Positions 12,225 to 25,844 of a stretch of DNA of 64,000 nucleotides are shown one piece after another (position 1 is the stretch's first letter; every line of letters starts with the position of its first letter). The notes below the pieces were generated by a model. The model saw nothing but the letters and a program-made list of their open reading frames with translations. It was not told where the DNA came from and searched no databases. This DNA comes from Vitrella brassicaformis CCMP3155 (taxonomy: Eukaryota; Protista; Chromerida), in assembly GCA_001179505.1 (NCBI GenBank), contig CDMY01000374.1:1-64000 (forward strand). Direction: 5' to 3'. The position numbers and the translations under genes are program-made.

Positions 12225-13108
12225 TGTGTTATGTATTTATCTCACCGTTGTGTGCCTATCCATCTGTATGTGTACGTAGGTATGTATGTATTTAACCTGT
12301 GTACGTACCAACCAGCACCCCCTCACAGACGAACGTCTTTTTGCTACCACTACCCCCGCGTGGCCACCCTGACCGCTTTTTGCCACACACATGCCTTGTC
12401 TAACTTGCGTAACAATACATACACACATGCAGACGCGCTGGTTCTGTTACCCATCTGGTTTTGCCACTCATGCCTTCCCTCCCTGCTCACATGGTCAACA
12501 TCACGAATGTCTTACAGGGAAGCGCGGTGCAGTTAAGCAAGAGACACGCATGAGACAGACAGACAACCGAACAACATGCACTCTCTGGCAGTACGGCTCA
12601 TCGGTTCGATCATTGTGAGTTTTTCGGTGTTGAGATGGATGGACAACGAGATGAGTTTCGGTGGCTGACAAGTATAGCACACACCAACAGAAGTGGTGAT
12701 TGACTAATGTGGGCGCTGCTACTCGGTCCACAAGTAGCTGTGTACTGCTGCTTTTACGGTCAGAAATGAGCGTGTGCAATGGGAACTCTTTTCGCGGTTG
12801 CGTGCGTGCTGATTGATCGCATCACCATGCAGTGACATTCCTCCATCGCATCGAGTGGAATTCATCCACACAGACGCATGCCGGGTGACATGTGGGGTGT
12901 GTGTATGTAATAGTATGTAACAAGGACCGTCCTCAGTCACTTGAGATACGAAAAGCGAGTGAGCACCCACACGTGGACCAAAATGTGTCTGTGTCTGTGG
13001 ATAGCGCTCGTGATCTGCCGTGCTTGGCCAGTGGTCGAGAACCCTGGGGGCATTGGGGGCCGAACGGACAGCGGGGCTGCCAGTGACGAGTGCGTAAGTT
13101 CGCCCCTC
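12225..13108. repeat. ~0.9-kb upstream flank of G3, inverted copy of ~50152-51003
   Basis: Shared sequence such as atgtatttat..gtgtgcctatccatctg..gtaccaaccagcaccc..cagacgaacgtcttttt.. through to the ATG context of both kinase genes. Confidence 0.85.
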
Positions 13109-16100
13109 ATGGCTTCCCCCGTCCCTCGCCTGTTGATCAGGGCGAGGGACCTGACTGTGGGTGACAAGAAGCTTGGTGCGCTCACGACCAACTGCTGGCC
13201 CGATGTCATCGATTGGGTGACCTCTGTGTACCTCTGCATGTGTGTCTGTGTCAGGGGTTGGAGCATTCGGTATAGTGTACCAGGGCAAGTGGAATGGTCT
13301 GGACGTGGCTGTAAAGATCACAAAGATGGAGAAATTGAGGGAGGCCTCCCCACTTACCGGGGAGGAGCTTACCGACAGCGTGAGCATCGCAGGGCGTGTC
13401 AAATCATGTGGCACACAGGCATCATGTGATGCAGGAGCTGATGGCTGGGGCGATGGAGGATGTTCTGTCCGAGGCTCAGGAGATGCTTTACCTGCGACAC
13501 CCCAACATAGTGCAGTTCCTCGGTGTCTGCACGGACGCCAAGCACGGCCTCATGATCGTCTCAGGTCACCTCGGTTCATTCATCTGCTTCCTGACTGTGT
13601 GTCGCGTGTCCACAATTCTCAGAGTTGTGTAAGGGCGGATCGCTGGACAAATATTTGGCCAAGAACAGACCACTGCCGCCCGACGTGCGAGACAGATTCG
13701 TGAGAGAGGTACAGCACAGCAGACAGCGTCACATCTAGATTTGTGTGTCGATTGCCGTCAGATATGTGAGGGGGTGCAGTATCTGCACGACCACGACATC
13801 GTGCATCGAGCCTTGAAGCCGGGCAATATTCTCGTAAGGGCAGACAACCTTCACCTCTCGGTCGATGGCTGCAGCATCTTGTTGTGTCTCGTGTCTGTCA
13901 GTTGGGTGAGCGTCTGGTGATCAAGATAAGTGACTTCGGCATGACGCGGAATGTTCAAGTGACGTTGAGCTCTTCTGCAGGTAGCAAGAGACATGGGATG
14001 GCGGAATGCGGTGAGCGAGGTGCGTCTGTGTGTGTTGGTGCATCCGTCCCTGGACTGCAGGCGGCATTAAGGGAACCCCCAATTGAATGTCGCCTGAATC
14101 ATTGGATCCAGACAACTGTGAGTGCAAGAAAAGACGGTCGCCTTGGGAACTTGAATCATCGCCGGTGTGTGCAGTGGGGAAGCCCTCTATGGAGGCGGAC
14201 ATATGGGCGGTTGGATGCATTATCGCGCAGCTGTTTGGCGGTCAGCAGATGCACTTTCAGTCAGAGACAGTAGCCTTCACTTGTAATGTTCAGGCGGGCC
14301 TCCCTTTGAGGGCCAAGCACCTCTCATCATCATCACCGCCGTTGTCGTCCGAAAGCAGGTGACCTGCCACGTTGACACATGTTCACAGATCCTCTGAAGT
14401 TCTCTTTCTGCCTACTTCTGTCAGACCCCCCGCATCCCCGATTCCCTGCCTGAGCACATCAAGAGTGCCATCAAGGTAAACCGAGAGCCCTTCTCGTGTG
14501 CTGCATTTCCCTTCCGATTGTGACGGTGATCAGAGTTGTTTTGCCTTCAAGCCGGAAGATCGCCCCACAGCCAAAGAGGTACCTGACACGCACCACTGGA
14601 CAAACGCGTCGGCATGTCGTATCTGCTTGCCTGACTGTGGTAGTTGTTGGCCAAGCTGGGCATTCCGGCGAGTCCGTCAAAGGGCGCAGGTCCACTGACG
14701 CTCCACTTTGACACGAGAAAGCCCCCATTTGACTGCTTGACTGTGTGCAGACCCGGTGTTGGTTCCCCCTTCCCCTGTGTCTCCCGTTGACGTGCCTTCC
14801 GCTGGCGCTCCACCGAGTGTTCACACGAGCATGGCCAGCACAGTGCCGGGGCCGCCGAGTACGGTCCATCCAGCACAGGTCGGACTTGTGGTTGCGGAAG
14901 AGCAGACAGGTCGGTGTGGAAGGCACGAAGACAACACATGGAGAGACATACGACTGGTTATCCATGGTTTGTGTGTTGCAGCGCCCCCAGCCCAGCAGCC
15001 GTCAGTGAAGACACCGCCGAGCACCCCACAGCCGCAGATCAAACACGTAAGGGACACAGCAGCTGAACCCCACATGTCAACTGGCCGCTTTTCTCTGCTG
15101 GATGTGTGGCAGGCTGACCTTTTCAGGGCCGCCGTGTTTGGCGATGAGCAGTCGGTTCATTTGCTCATCGAGCGAGAGGGCAAGGATATACTCGACAAAC
15201 GAGACGAGCTCATCTTCAAGGCATGCAATCGTGACGACGAGAGAAATACACTCAGTGGTCTGTCTGTGTGGTCTCGTTCTCGCACGCAGTTGACACCCTT
15301 CCTTTGGGCTGCCAACAAGGGTCACGTGGGCGTCATGTCGGTCATGTATGAGAGCAAACCTGACGTACTGCAGCAAACAGAACAGGTACCGACCGACGTA
15401 GACAAACCACCCTGTGTGCGGCTGGTGATGATGAGGAGATGTGTGTTGAGTGTGATGGAATGCAGTTTGGTAACACCGTCATGCACTTAGCTGTCAACAG
15501 GGGCCATGTCGCGATGGTCAATAAGTTGCTGGAGTGGGATCCCAAACTGATCGACGCACGCACCCCGGTAACAGAGCACACACATGTCTCTCAAGCCTCT
15601 TCATGCCGATTGTGTGTGTGTGTGTGTGTGTTGATTGCAGTCTGGCGAGACGCCATTTATGGAGGCTGCCAGAGATGGTCATGTCGATGTGTTGGAGGCC
15701 CTGTATGACAAACGAAAGGACCTGGTCACACAGAAAAACATCGTGAGACACAGAATGCCTCCCGCCTCATCTGATTGATTGCCTTTCTTTGTGTGCATGA
15801 CACACACAGCTCGGCGAGACGGCGCTGCATGAGGCTGCAGGCCATGATGAAATTGAAGTGATGAAGTTTCTGTACGAGATGAACGGGTCCATCCTGCAGC
15901 AAACAGGCCGGGTACCAACCTAAGCATCTTCTGTGCTGCTGGTCATGGTGAGAAGATGTGTGTTGGCTGTGATGGAATGCAGAATGGTAACACTGCCCTG
16001 CACTCGGCTTGCTGGGGTGGCCATCTTGTGGCCGTCAATAAGCTGCTGGCGTGGGATCCCAAACTGATCGATGCACGCGACAAGGTAACAGAGCACACAC

Positions 16101-16676
16101 ATGTCTCTGACACCTCAGCGTGTCGATTGTGTGTGTGTTTTGATTGCAGAAGGGCAGGACGCCATTCATGCAGGCTGCCATAGGTGGTAACGTTGCTGTG
16201 TTGAAGGTTCTGTATGCCAAACGAGGAACAAAGCTACTCACAGAGATGGACAACGTGAGACAACACAGTCTTCTCTCACTGCTTGATTGCCTTTCACTGT
16301 GTGCATGACACACAAAGGACGGAAAAACGGCACTCCATTTGGCTGCAATCTGTGGCAACTCTGCGGCTGTGTCTCAGCTGTGAGCGACACACATGAATGA
16401 CTGACGCGAATGTCTCATCCCCACTCTCTCTCTCTCTCTCTGTGTGTGTGTCATTCTCAAAGGCTCAAGTGGGGCGGCGGTGCGCTGTTGGACATCAAAA
16501 ACAACTATGTGAGTGCACACAGACATTCACACCATCGATGGGCTGAGTGGTGTGCTCATCTCATCTCATGACAACAGGGGGAGACGCCCTGGGACAATGC
16601 AGAGGACGAGCCAGAGACCAGAAAGATCATGGAGAAGTACAAGCGCGCGTGTGGGCCTTGCTGTGTGATCATGTGA
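13109..16676 (+). pseudogene. G3: TKL-like (pseudo)kinase + ankyrin repeats + CaaX
   Basis: Same exon structure as G1 with a single kinase. The catalytic loop is HRALKPGN (GCC at 13810-13812). TGA at 14084-14086 replaces the Tyr of GTPNYMSPE. About 9 open ankyrin units follow, ending ..KYKRACGPCCVIM*. Confidence 0.88.
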
Positions 16677-16922
16677 GTCAACGTCTGTCAGTCGCTCGGG
16701 TGTGCATCGAATAAGAAGCTATGAGGCACTGTGAGTGGGTGATCTGACAGTGAGACCTGACCGATCATGTGTCGTCGTAAATGACACGGCGAATGGCAGT
16801 CCTCGGGTTCTTTCTTGTGTCTTCGTGTGGACCACTGCGGGGGGCTGTGAGGTGTTGTGTGTTTGCCAATGAGACATCAAGACTTGATTGGAAATGTCCA
16901 TCAACACGTGAGCATGCAGCCC

Positions 16923-17350
16923 TCAGTTTCTCTCTGCATTGATGCTGCCCTGCTGGCTGGTCAGCTGCTCACAGAGGCTGCGATTCTCCTCTTGCGAAGC
17001 GCCGAACGTCTGTATCAGTGACACAAGGAGACACACACCTCACGCCGATTAGCAGCCTTTGTCGTTGGCACACACACACCTGTTGGTTGACAGTCTGTCT
17101 GGCCCTCTCCTTGTCAGGCAGCTCTCGAGCCGCCGATTCTCCGGGGCATGAGTACTCACACCCGTCCGCAGTCACATGACACACAAGAAGACGAGCTGAC
17201 GGTCCCCACACGTGGACTAAAATGCCTCAGATGCAATTAACCACAGAGAGAAATCTGTATGTGCGCATCTGCCACTCAGTGATGCGTTCCGTCAGGCAGG
17301 CACTGAGTCGGGTGGCCTCCTCCCTTCCAAAGGCTTCTCTTCGGTGCGTA
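16923..17350 (-). pseudogene. Coiled-coil gene 3' fragment plus adjacent exon-like block, inverted copy of ~51150-51750
   Basis: ENRRLESC.DKERARQTVNQQ / TFGASQEENRSL.EQLTSQQGSINAERN*. The block gaggaggcca.ccgactcagtgcc..acggaacgcatcactga also occurs at ~51190-51230. Confidence 0.75.
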
Positions 17351-18246
17351 CGCGTGTTGATCAATCGTCGCATCACGAGTGTGTGTCTGTCATGGCGCAT
17401 GGCATCGATCGTCGTGCTCCGTACACACACACACACACACACACACACATGCACAGCCACATGAATGCAGGTAGCGGCCATGTCAGCTGGACACACTAGG
17501 GAACGAGCGCATAGGCAAGCAAGGGACAGGAGATGCACAGTGGAGAGCAGTCAGTCAGTCACGCTCAGCAACACATGCGTAGAACACATATGAGATGAAG
17601 AAAACAACAAACATGACCGTTTGTGTGTATGTCCACGGCCAAGAAACCGACGAGAGGAGAAAAATCATATCATCAATCAATATGAATGGGCTGAGCAGCG
17701 AATCGATCAAGAAAGAATGGCCGGAGGTGACTGCATGCCGAAACACCCTCCCTTCCGTATACACAGACAAACACCAACACGCACACACACACACATACAC
17801 ACATGTACACACACACAGACTGATACAATACATACATACATGCATACATACGTAGATACATGTACAGGATACATATGGAATCGATAGCAATAGAGGGAGC
17901 ATTGACCATGCAGCCGCCAGCCCACCGCCCCAGTCAGTCAGACAGTGACACGCTGCCGCTATTCAAGCGGCGTCAAAAATCAGACACACAGACAGGCAGA
18001 TAGACAGCAATACCCCAACCGACCCACAAAGGCCCCCACCACGTTGCCCGTCTCCTCTACGCACCGACCGATCGACCAATGCCGTCGCAACTCGCAACAC
18101 CCCCCAGCTCACGCCAGCCTACTGGTGTCACTCGCTACTCGTTGCGTCCATATCATCTCACCCACTCCAAAACTCACTCACCGACTGACTGACTTCATTT
18201 TCAGGGATGGGCGAAACGCAAGGAGACACCATACGCATCACATCGA

Positions 18247-20709
18247 TCACACTGTCCAGAAGGCAACCACATCTCTCCTCTCTCGTTGTGTAGGCTGGTC
18301 TGAAGACGATGGGGACGTTGCTGCTGCTGCTGGTGTTAATGGAGGGGCGGGAAGGGCGAAAGGTGATGTCAGCCATCTTAACGCCCACACGGCTGACGCA
18401 ACGGCCTGGTCGATGCATCAAAAGCCGCTCGTGTGTGTGTGTGCGCCTCGGTGATGGGTGGTTTCCTCCTTACGAATATGCGAATGAGTCGTAGTCTCGA
18501 TCTCAGTCGGGCGAAGCCGCCCCGCATTCGACGACGAAAATTCAAGATTGCACGCGGATACTGACATTGAGACACACACACACAGACACAGGACAACGTC
18601 TACGGACCGCATTGATGTCCGCCAGTCTGTTCACGGCACCTGTATGTTTCTTAGCTTGGCCATGGAAGCCTCCCAGCTCCACTGCTCGGCCTCCCTCCTG
18701 GCGGCCTCGCCCATACGCCGCCGCAGCGCATCGTCAGACAGCAGCTCACGCACCCTGTCGACGTACTGCTGGACGTCATCGCTTTGGACGAGGAATCCCG
18801 TCTCGCCGTGCCGGATGAGGTTGGGGATGCCGCCTGCACGGGCGCCGATCACCGGCACACCGCTGGCCATCGACTCTAGGACCACAAAACCTGAAAGAAG
18901 GAAGCATACACAGGTGGCAGGGGCGTGAGTGCAGACGCTTGTGTGGTGTGTATGTGTGTCTTACCGAGTGTTTCGGATTCGGATGGCATGACAAATATGT
19001 CCCCGGAGGCGAACGCCTCACTCAACGCCTCCCCTACACACATACAACAGCTTCCATGCCTTCATACCGTCTGTATGTCGGTCTTCCTCTTTCTGTCGCG
19101 AACCGGTCATGAATCCCGTGAAGACAGTCTTGGTGCCGTTGAAGTACTCCCTGAGCTCATCCTCACACGGCCCCGCACCCACAAACGCCAGCCTGGCCTC
19201 CGGCACCCTCTCAAGCACATCCCGCAGCAGGTGCAGGTTCTTCTCGGCACCCAGGCGGCCGATGTACACCAGCAGGGGGTCGTCTGGGTGGCCGTCTGAG
19301 AGCCGACTGCGCATGGCCGCTGACCTCTTGGTCGGATTGAAGGTCTGACAAGAACACACACAATGAGGGAGGGAGGGAGGGCCGAGTTTGTGTGTTGAGG
19401 AGAGAGGTGGGAGGTCACCTCAGTGTCGATTCCTTTTTGCCAGACGTCGACCTTCTGTATGCCGTGGCTCTCGAGCTCACTCTTGATCTGCGGACTGGTC
19501 ACCAGAGTGAGGTCAGCCAGGTTGTGGAACAGACGCAGTGCCAGCCATGACAGCCACACAATGCCTACACACACACACGGGCACACACAGGGGTAGTGTA
19601 CACAGACGTGTGGATGCACTCATTGACTGACCTGGGAGCCATCCGAGGTACTTGGCTGCGTATACGGGTAGGTGTGTGTGATAGCTCATGACCAAAGGGA
19701 TCTTCAGAAGACGCGCATACAGACACGCCGTCATCGCCAAGAAACCGGGAGTGCTCACCTGCACACACACAACACCCACACAGTCACATCCGTATGTGTG
19801 TGTGTCTGTGTGCCATGATGTGCTCATTACGTGCAGCAGGTCGGGTTTGAGTCGTTTGAGGACCCGCAGTCCCTTGAAGTCGGGGAAGTCTGTCGACAGC
19901 GCCAGGCTCTTGTAGAACGGCAGCCGGAAACTCCACGTGTTGTGAATCCGAAAGCCATAGGCCTGAGCCATCAATGGGCCATTCAGCCACACACAGCCAC
20001 ACATACACATGCCCATTCGCCCCTCTGTGTGCGTGTGTGCACACTCACACCCTCCCGCACCTCTTTTGGCGGGTTAGTGCTGTCGTCTGGCGTGACGATC
20101 TCGACGGTGTCCTTTTGCCGCCTGCAGTGCTTGAGCAGCTCCTTGAACCGATTCGCATACCCACTGATGTACGTGAACGGCGTCGGCTCCACCAGCAACG
20201 CTATCTGATCGACACACACCAAGACACAACACACGCATCCATCCGTCCATCCAGCCCACATGTCAGTCACGTGTCCACCGATGCGATGCCATACGTACCT
20301 TCTTGGGCGGCGCGATGGTGATGGTGTCCGGGGAGAGGACATCTCTCGGTGTCGGGCTGCTGACGGGCAGCACGCTGCTGTCCAGCAACGCATCGGTGCT
20401 GTCCAAGATCTCTTCCGCAGAGGGAGCTGACGCACCGGTGCCCAATGTCGTCGTTGAGGAGACTTCAGGAAACTGACACACGCAAGATCACCACACACAC
20501 GCACGCACGCATTGAGACGATCTGTCAAGCGCATGGCTGGGCATGTGGCTGCGTACCAGGCCATCGGGAGCAGCCCTCCGCGCACTCTGTTGCCGCATCC
20601 ATCTGCTCGCCAGGCGGGGAGCCGGCCGGATGAAAGATGTGTGCCGCCTCGGTGCACAAAACACAACGGGGAGGCATATGAAGGCGAGCAGACGCCATCT
20701 CAGCACCAT
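18247..20709 (-). CDS. SQD2: Sulfoquinovosyldiacylglycerol synthase (GT4 glycosyltransferase), plastid-targeted
   Basis: Spliced exons give IALLVEPTPFTYISGYANRF, LVMSYHTHLPVY, ADLTLVTSPQ, WQKGIDTE, LVYIGRLGAEKNL, FVMPSESETLGFVVLESMASGVPVIGARAGGIP, matching plant SQD2 motifs. The N-terminus MVLRWRLLAFICLPVVFCA-PRRHTSF.. looks like a signal peptide plus transit peptide. The 3' end is approximate. Confidence 0.92.
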
Positions 20710-20851
20710 CCTTTGCCCTTCTCTGTGTCAAGTCAAAGCTCGCAAGCGATCGGTCTGCGAGCTTGGCGCTTGGAGAGAGAGGGAAAAAGCAGAAGGGCGA
20801 CAGCATGCACAAATGGGGAGATCACCAGAGGGAGATACGATTCAATGAATC

Positions 20852-23580
20852 ATGAGTGAGTGTCATCGGACAGCGGAGGTGTTCGATGGGCTCTGCGCGT
20901 GGTTGAGGGATGGCGGGGCGTCGTGCGGCAAGGTCGGAGTCCGGCAGATGGGGGAGGAGGGCGAGTACGGCGTGGTGTGCACTCAGGAGATAAAGGTAAG
21001 CAAGAAACATGAGTGAGTCAGGCACAGCACACTCGTTGACAGACAGATCTGTGTCGTGTTGCATGTGTGGTTGTCAGCGGGGCGAGAGGTTTCTGACGGT
21101 GCCTGTGGATCTCTGCATCACGCCCGATACCGTGCTTGAAGGTCGAACACAAGACGCATGCATATTCACAGCACACTCACCTGATGTCATGTGTGTGCCA
21201 CAGCATGCCCTCAGCTGGGTCCGCTGGTGAATCTGGACAGGCTGCTGCTGGGCCACCAACACACAGGCGAGGCCGCCACTGCAGACGATGCCGACACTGT
21301 CGACGGAACGGTGAGATGCACAGAGAGAGAGGAGCATTAATATGCATGTATGTGTCTGTATCACGACGCCATGTGTGTGTGTATGCAGCCACCCAATGGG
21401 CGTCGTGATTGCAATGGCGATGATTTGGCGTCATCGGGTGAGTCCCCTCCTGCATTGCAGCTGTTGAGTGGCCACAGTGCGGTGGCTGCCTTCCTGCTCT
21501 ACGAGAGGAACAAGGGACACAGATCCAAATGGAGGAATTACATCGGTCGGCGAGAGACCGCATGTACACTATGGATCTGCATTTGTGTCCCTGTGTGTGT
21601 CGGTCCGTCAGCGAGTCTGCCCCCTCTGTCCTTGGTCCGTCGTCACCATTCGGTGTTCTTCAGTGACAAGGATCTGACATGGCTCATTGGCACCACCGTA
21701 CACAGTGAGTGTACACGCACATGAGTGTGCTGAGGCGGTATATATATTTGCCTGTGTGTCGCATCGTCAGCGCGTGGTGAGGTCAAGAGGAGGAAGCAGG
21801 AAATCATGACCGACTACGCCATACTCACCATCGTACAGCTCACACACTACTACACAGCTATCTACCGAAATGGCTACATGCACATTGGTTTGTGATCAGG
21901 CCCTGGGTGACTTCAGCTCCGTCGCATCACTTGAGGACTTCATGTGGGCACGATGCATCGTAGGGGTACGAAGTCACGCACACACACACGGACAGAATGC
22001 GTGTCTATGTGGCGACGCCTTGATCAGAGTCGTCTGTTCTCCTTTCTCCGTCAACGCCAGAAGGACGCCACGTGTCCGCTGGTGATGCTCTGCCCACTCG
22101 CCGACATACTCAACCACAAAATGCCGCCGGAGGTGCGCATCACACACACACAGGCAAGCACATGGACCCTTTTACGCATGTGTGTGTTCAGAGTCGTTGG
22201 TATTTCGATGCGTGTGAGGGGTGCTTTGTGCTGGAGGCACTGAGGGACTTCACTGTGGGCGAAGAGGTCCGCAATACACTGTGGATGTGTGTGATCCAGC
22301 CCATGCGCAGATCCACATGTGTGTGTGTGTGTGTGTCTTGATGCAGGTGCATGATTCCTATGGCCCCAAGGCCAACCGTCTGTTGTATCTCTACTACGGC
22401 TTCACACTGCTCGACCAACACCACATCCACGACACCGTCGATGTACACGTAGGCTACTACATGACTATTCACTACACACACACATGACGATGTGCACACA
22501 CACACGGATCTTAGCTATGTGTGTACATGTCAGGTGGATTTATCTGAGGAGCAGAGAGAGCTCTGGGCGGCGAAGGCGCGGCACTTCAGCGGCAAAGCGA
22601 TCGACGTCGATGGCAACAACACACACAGGTATCTATAGGTACCCTTGTGCTATCTGTGTGGAGTGTGGAGTTCTGTGTTTTTTGTGTGTGTAGGCTTACG
22701 TTTCGCCTGGCGTGGGACAGTGCCGACCCGTCCCTCTATCAGAGGCTCATGGCGTTTCTCCGCATACACGTCATCACGTGGGCATACCCATGAACACACC
22801 CATGCACGCGCACGCTGTTTCTCCTTTCTGCACGCAGCGACGTGGATGAGCTCCCATCAATTTCTGGTACCCTCCTGAGGCATGGCAATCCTGACCTGTG
22901 TGCATGTGTCTGTCTGCATGCCTTCGGTGTCGTCAGACATGTGGAGCGTCCCCCCGATCAGTGTGCACAATGAGCTACTGGTACGTATACATACTCCCCC
23001 ACTCGTGTGCAATAGAGTGTGAAGGTTGTGTGCATCTTGATACAGGCTCTGACCCACTTCCAGCAGCTGTGTGCGGACGCGCTCAAACGCTACCCGGCAT
23101 CACTGCAGGTCAGCCACATCCGTATACATACAGACTTGATGTATGTCTGTCTGCAGGATGACGAGCAGCTGCTGCAGCGGCCGGGCTCACCCCTGACCCC
23201 ACCTCAGAGAAACGCCCTCGTCGTCCGCATAGGCGAACAGAGGGTACACGCACACACCCACGCCCACGCCCACGCATACACACACACGTGTCTTTTCTGT
23301 GTGTGGTACAGCTGTTGCGTCACTATGAGAGCATGTGTGTCCGTGCTGCGGATGTACTGAATCGGCCGGCCGTTGAGGTGCGGAGGTGGCTGGCCAAGAG
23401 GACACGAGAAAACACCACACACTGGGTGGGTGAGTGGGCGAGATGCAGCGGCACATACGCACATTCAAACGTGCCATGGTGTGGCGGGGTGGGTGTGTGT
23501 GTGTGTGTGTGGTTCAGGATTACTTTGGGACGGTCCCCCACCAGCTGCTCGAGATGACCAGTCAGACAGACAACAAGTGA
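20852..23580 (+). CDS. SET-domain lysine methyltransferase, Rubisco LSMT/SETD3-like
   Basis: MSECHRTAEVFDGLCAWLRDGG..YGVVCTQEIK, EDFMWARCIV, LCPLADILNH, EEVHDSYGPKANRLLYLYYGF, followed by a substrate-binding-like helical region ending ..MTSQTDNK*. Confidence 0.88.
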
Positions 23581-23800
23581 AGTGTGCCCTTTCCTGCCGA
23601 AACGCCAGGCAGTATATAAGCATTCTGTATATGGCTCGCTTCAGCACTCACTTTGAACTGAACATATGTGTGGATATACAAGCATGTCTCTGTCCATCAC
23701 CGTCAAGGCGTCTCCTACCCAATTCCACCCATCGCTCACACATCGCTTCGTATTCTCATCCCAAAAACGCATTCCCCTCTCCCCTCTCCCCCCGTCTGAG

Positions 23801-25675
23801 TCACGTGTAGTCTCTCCCAGAAATGGCAGCCGACGAGATGGGCGTCTGCTCGTTCGTCCATCTGCCAGAGGAAAGAGCCGGGCCACCTCGATAGGCGACA
23901 TACGACCACTGGGAGAGTAGGGCCAGAGGGATGTAGAGGGCTGCCAGAGGGACATATGGCTGTGCGGGGTCGGATGTGACGAACAGGATGATGGAGGATA
24001 GGAGGGGCCCGAACAAGAGTCCGCTGTTGAAGGCCAGCTCCAGCTGAATACAAACAAAGAACATGACAGACAGACAGACAGACAGACATGAGGGAAGCAT
24101 CTGTGTGTTTGTCTCTCAGATATACGTACCACTGCGAACAGCCTGCCATGATCAGCAATTCCATGGTCGTCCATAAACTTCGCTGCAACAGCCCCACCAT
24201 GCACATTGGGCACAACAATTCCCACGCGTCACTCTCCTTCACTCCCTCCCGCGCTTTTACCTGCGAATGCCGTCGATGAAGTCTCCACCGCCCCGAACCC
24301 AGCTCCGAAGAGTGTGAGGGCAATGGGTTGGCAGACGTCCAGCTGGTGGGTCTCCAGCCGCCCCGCCAGCAGGAAGATGCTGCCCGAACACAGCAGGCCC
24401 CCGATAGTGGTGATCAGCTGGTGAGACAGCGAACATCTGACAACGGGGAGAGAAGTGCATGGATGGGGGTGTGTCTCTGTGTGTGGGTGGGTGGATGGGA
24501 TACATACATATCGATGAGTGCGCCTGTGCCGATGCCCATGATGATTTCCATGAGTGTCGGCGGCGTGAGCAGCAGACCGATGTAGCTGGCTGACAAGTGG
24601 TACCTCGTCGCGTAATAAAGCGGCAACAGCGCCTGAAGAGACACACACCCACACACACGTGAGGTGAGGCGCCAGCTGGCGGCCATCTCGCCAGACTCGT
24701 CACCTGTATGGCCGCCATGGTCATCCAAGGGACGAGCAGGCCCACCAGACACACCACAAAATGGAGGTTGGCGAACACGCCGTACCCCCTGCCGCCCCCT
24801 GTCATGCCGCCCGGCCGCATTCCCCCAGTGCTCGACGCCTGCGGAATGCTCTCCAGATCGCCCTGGCCAGCCTGATGGCTGGTGCTGGCCGCCAGACCGT
24901 CTCTGATCGATGGTATGTCCGACGGCAGGCCTCTTGCCGAGTTGGCTTGTGAGAAGAGCGCCAGGAGGGTGAGCACGGTGAGGGCCAGCATCGAGGCAGC
25001 GAGCAGATGCCGGCCGCCCCAGTCGTAGAGGAGGCCGCCGAGCAATGGACCAATGATAATGGCGACATCTGATACAAACACACAAATTGGCAGACACCGT
25101 GATGGGTGTGTTGTTGGATTGGTTTCACCTCCTGTCAGTGCAATGGCCACGGCGGTGCCTCTGGCGGTCTCGTCGTGTGTGCGTGAGACTGCCGTGAAGC
25201 CCGCCGGGTAGAGCAGGGCTGCAGCAAGGCCTTGCAGAATGCGGACACACAAATACGTCAGAGAATTGTTCTGAAAGGGGGAGAAAAGGACAAATGAAAG
25301 CGTGACACCAGGGGGATGTCCTGTGTCACTGCTGCTGTACCCCGACGAACAGGACAGCTCCCGCGATGGCCAAGAGTTGAAAGGGAAGGTAGATCATCGC
25401 ACGCCAGCCATACCTGCACACACACAAATAAGGTCATTGCAATACAGACGGACGGAGATCTTGGCACTGCGGGCCCACCTCTGAATGAGAATCCCAGCCA
25501 CCGGGGCGCCGAGGATGGCCACGGTGGGGCGGATCTCAAACATGAGTGCGTGCATCAGCGGGTTGGTGAGGGTGAGGGCCTTAGGCAGCACGGACGTGAG
25601 GGTGGTGTGGTACATCATGTCAAGGAAGGCGCCCATCCACACCAACCCGATAAGTGAGTAATGGAGCTTCATCAT
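23801..25675 (-). CDS. Major facilitator superfamily transporter (DHA1/SLC18-like)
   Basis: Multiple hydrophobic exons with MFS motifs GILIQRYGWR, VRILQGLAAALL, RGTAVAIALTG and IIIGPLLGGLLYD. Confidence 0.8.
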
Positions 25676-25844
25676 GGCAAATTCAATGAATGGAGGGAAA
25701 AGGGAACTGTGTGAGGGAATGAGGAGGGAATGAGTCTTCTACGAGTGATGGGATGAAAGTATGCAATACGGAGTGATGGGAATATCATTCGCTTGATCAT
25801 TCGGTCGGTTTCGCGGCGAACTTTCCCCCCTGCACGCGCAAGAG

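Noticed and set aside
8800-16600. Regularly spaced conserved/variable units resembling a CRISPR array
   Set aside because: The units are ankyrin exons plus GT-AG introns in a eukaryotic gene. There are no 23-47 bp direct repeats with unique spacers and no cas genes.
17555-17925. Cys/Val/Thr/His-rich ORFs (also ~11750-12300 and 61487-62017)
   Set aside because: These are translations of (GT)n/(CA)n/(ATAC)n microsatellite-rich intergenic DNA with no splice-consistent coding signal.
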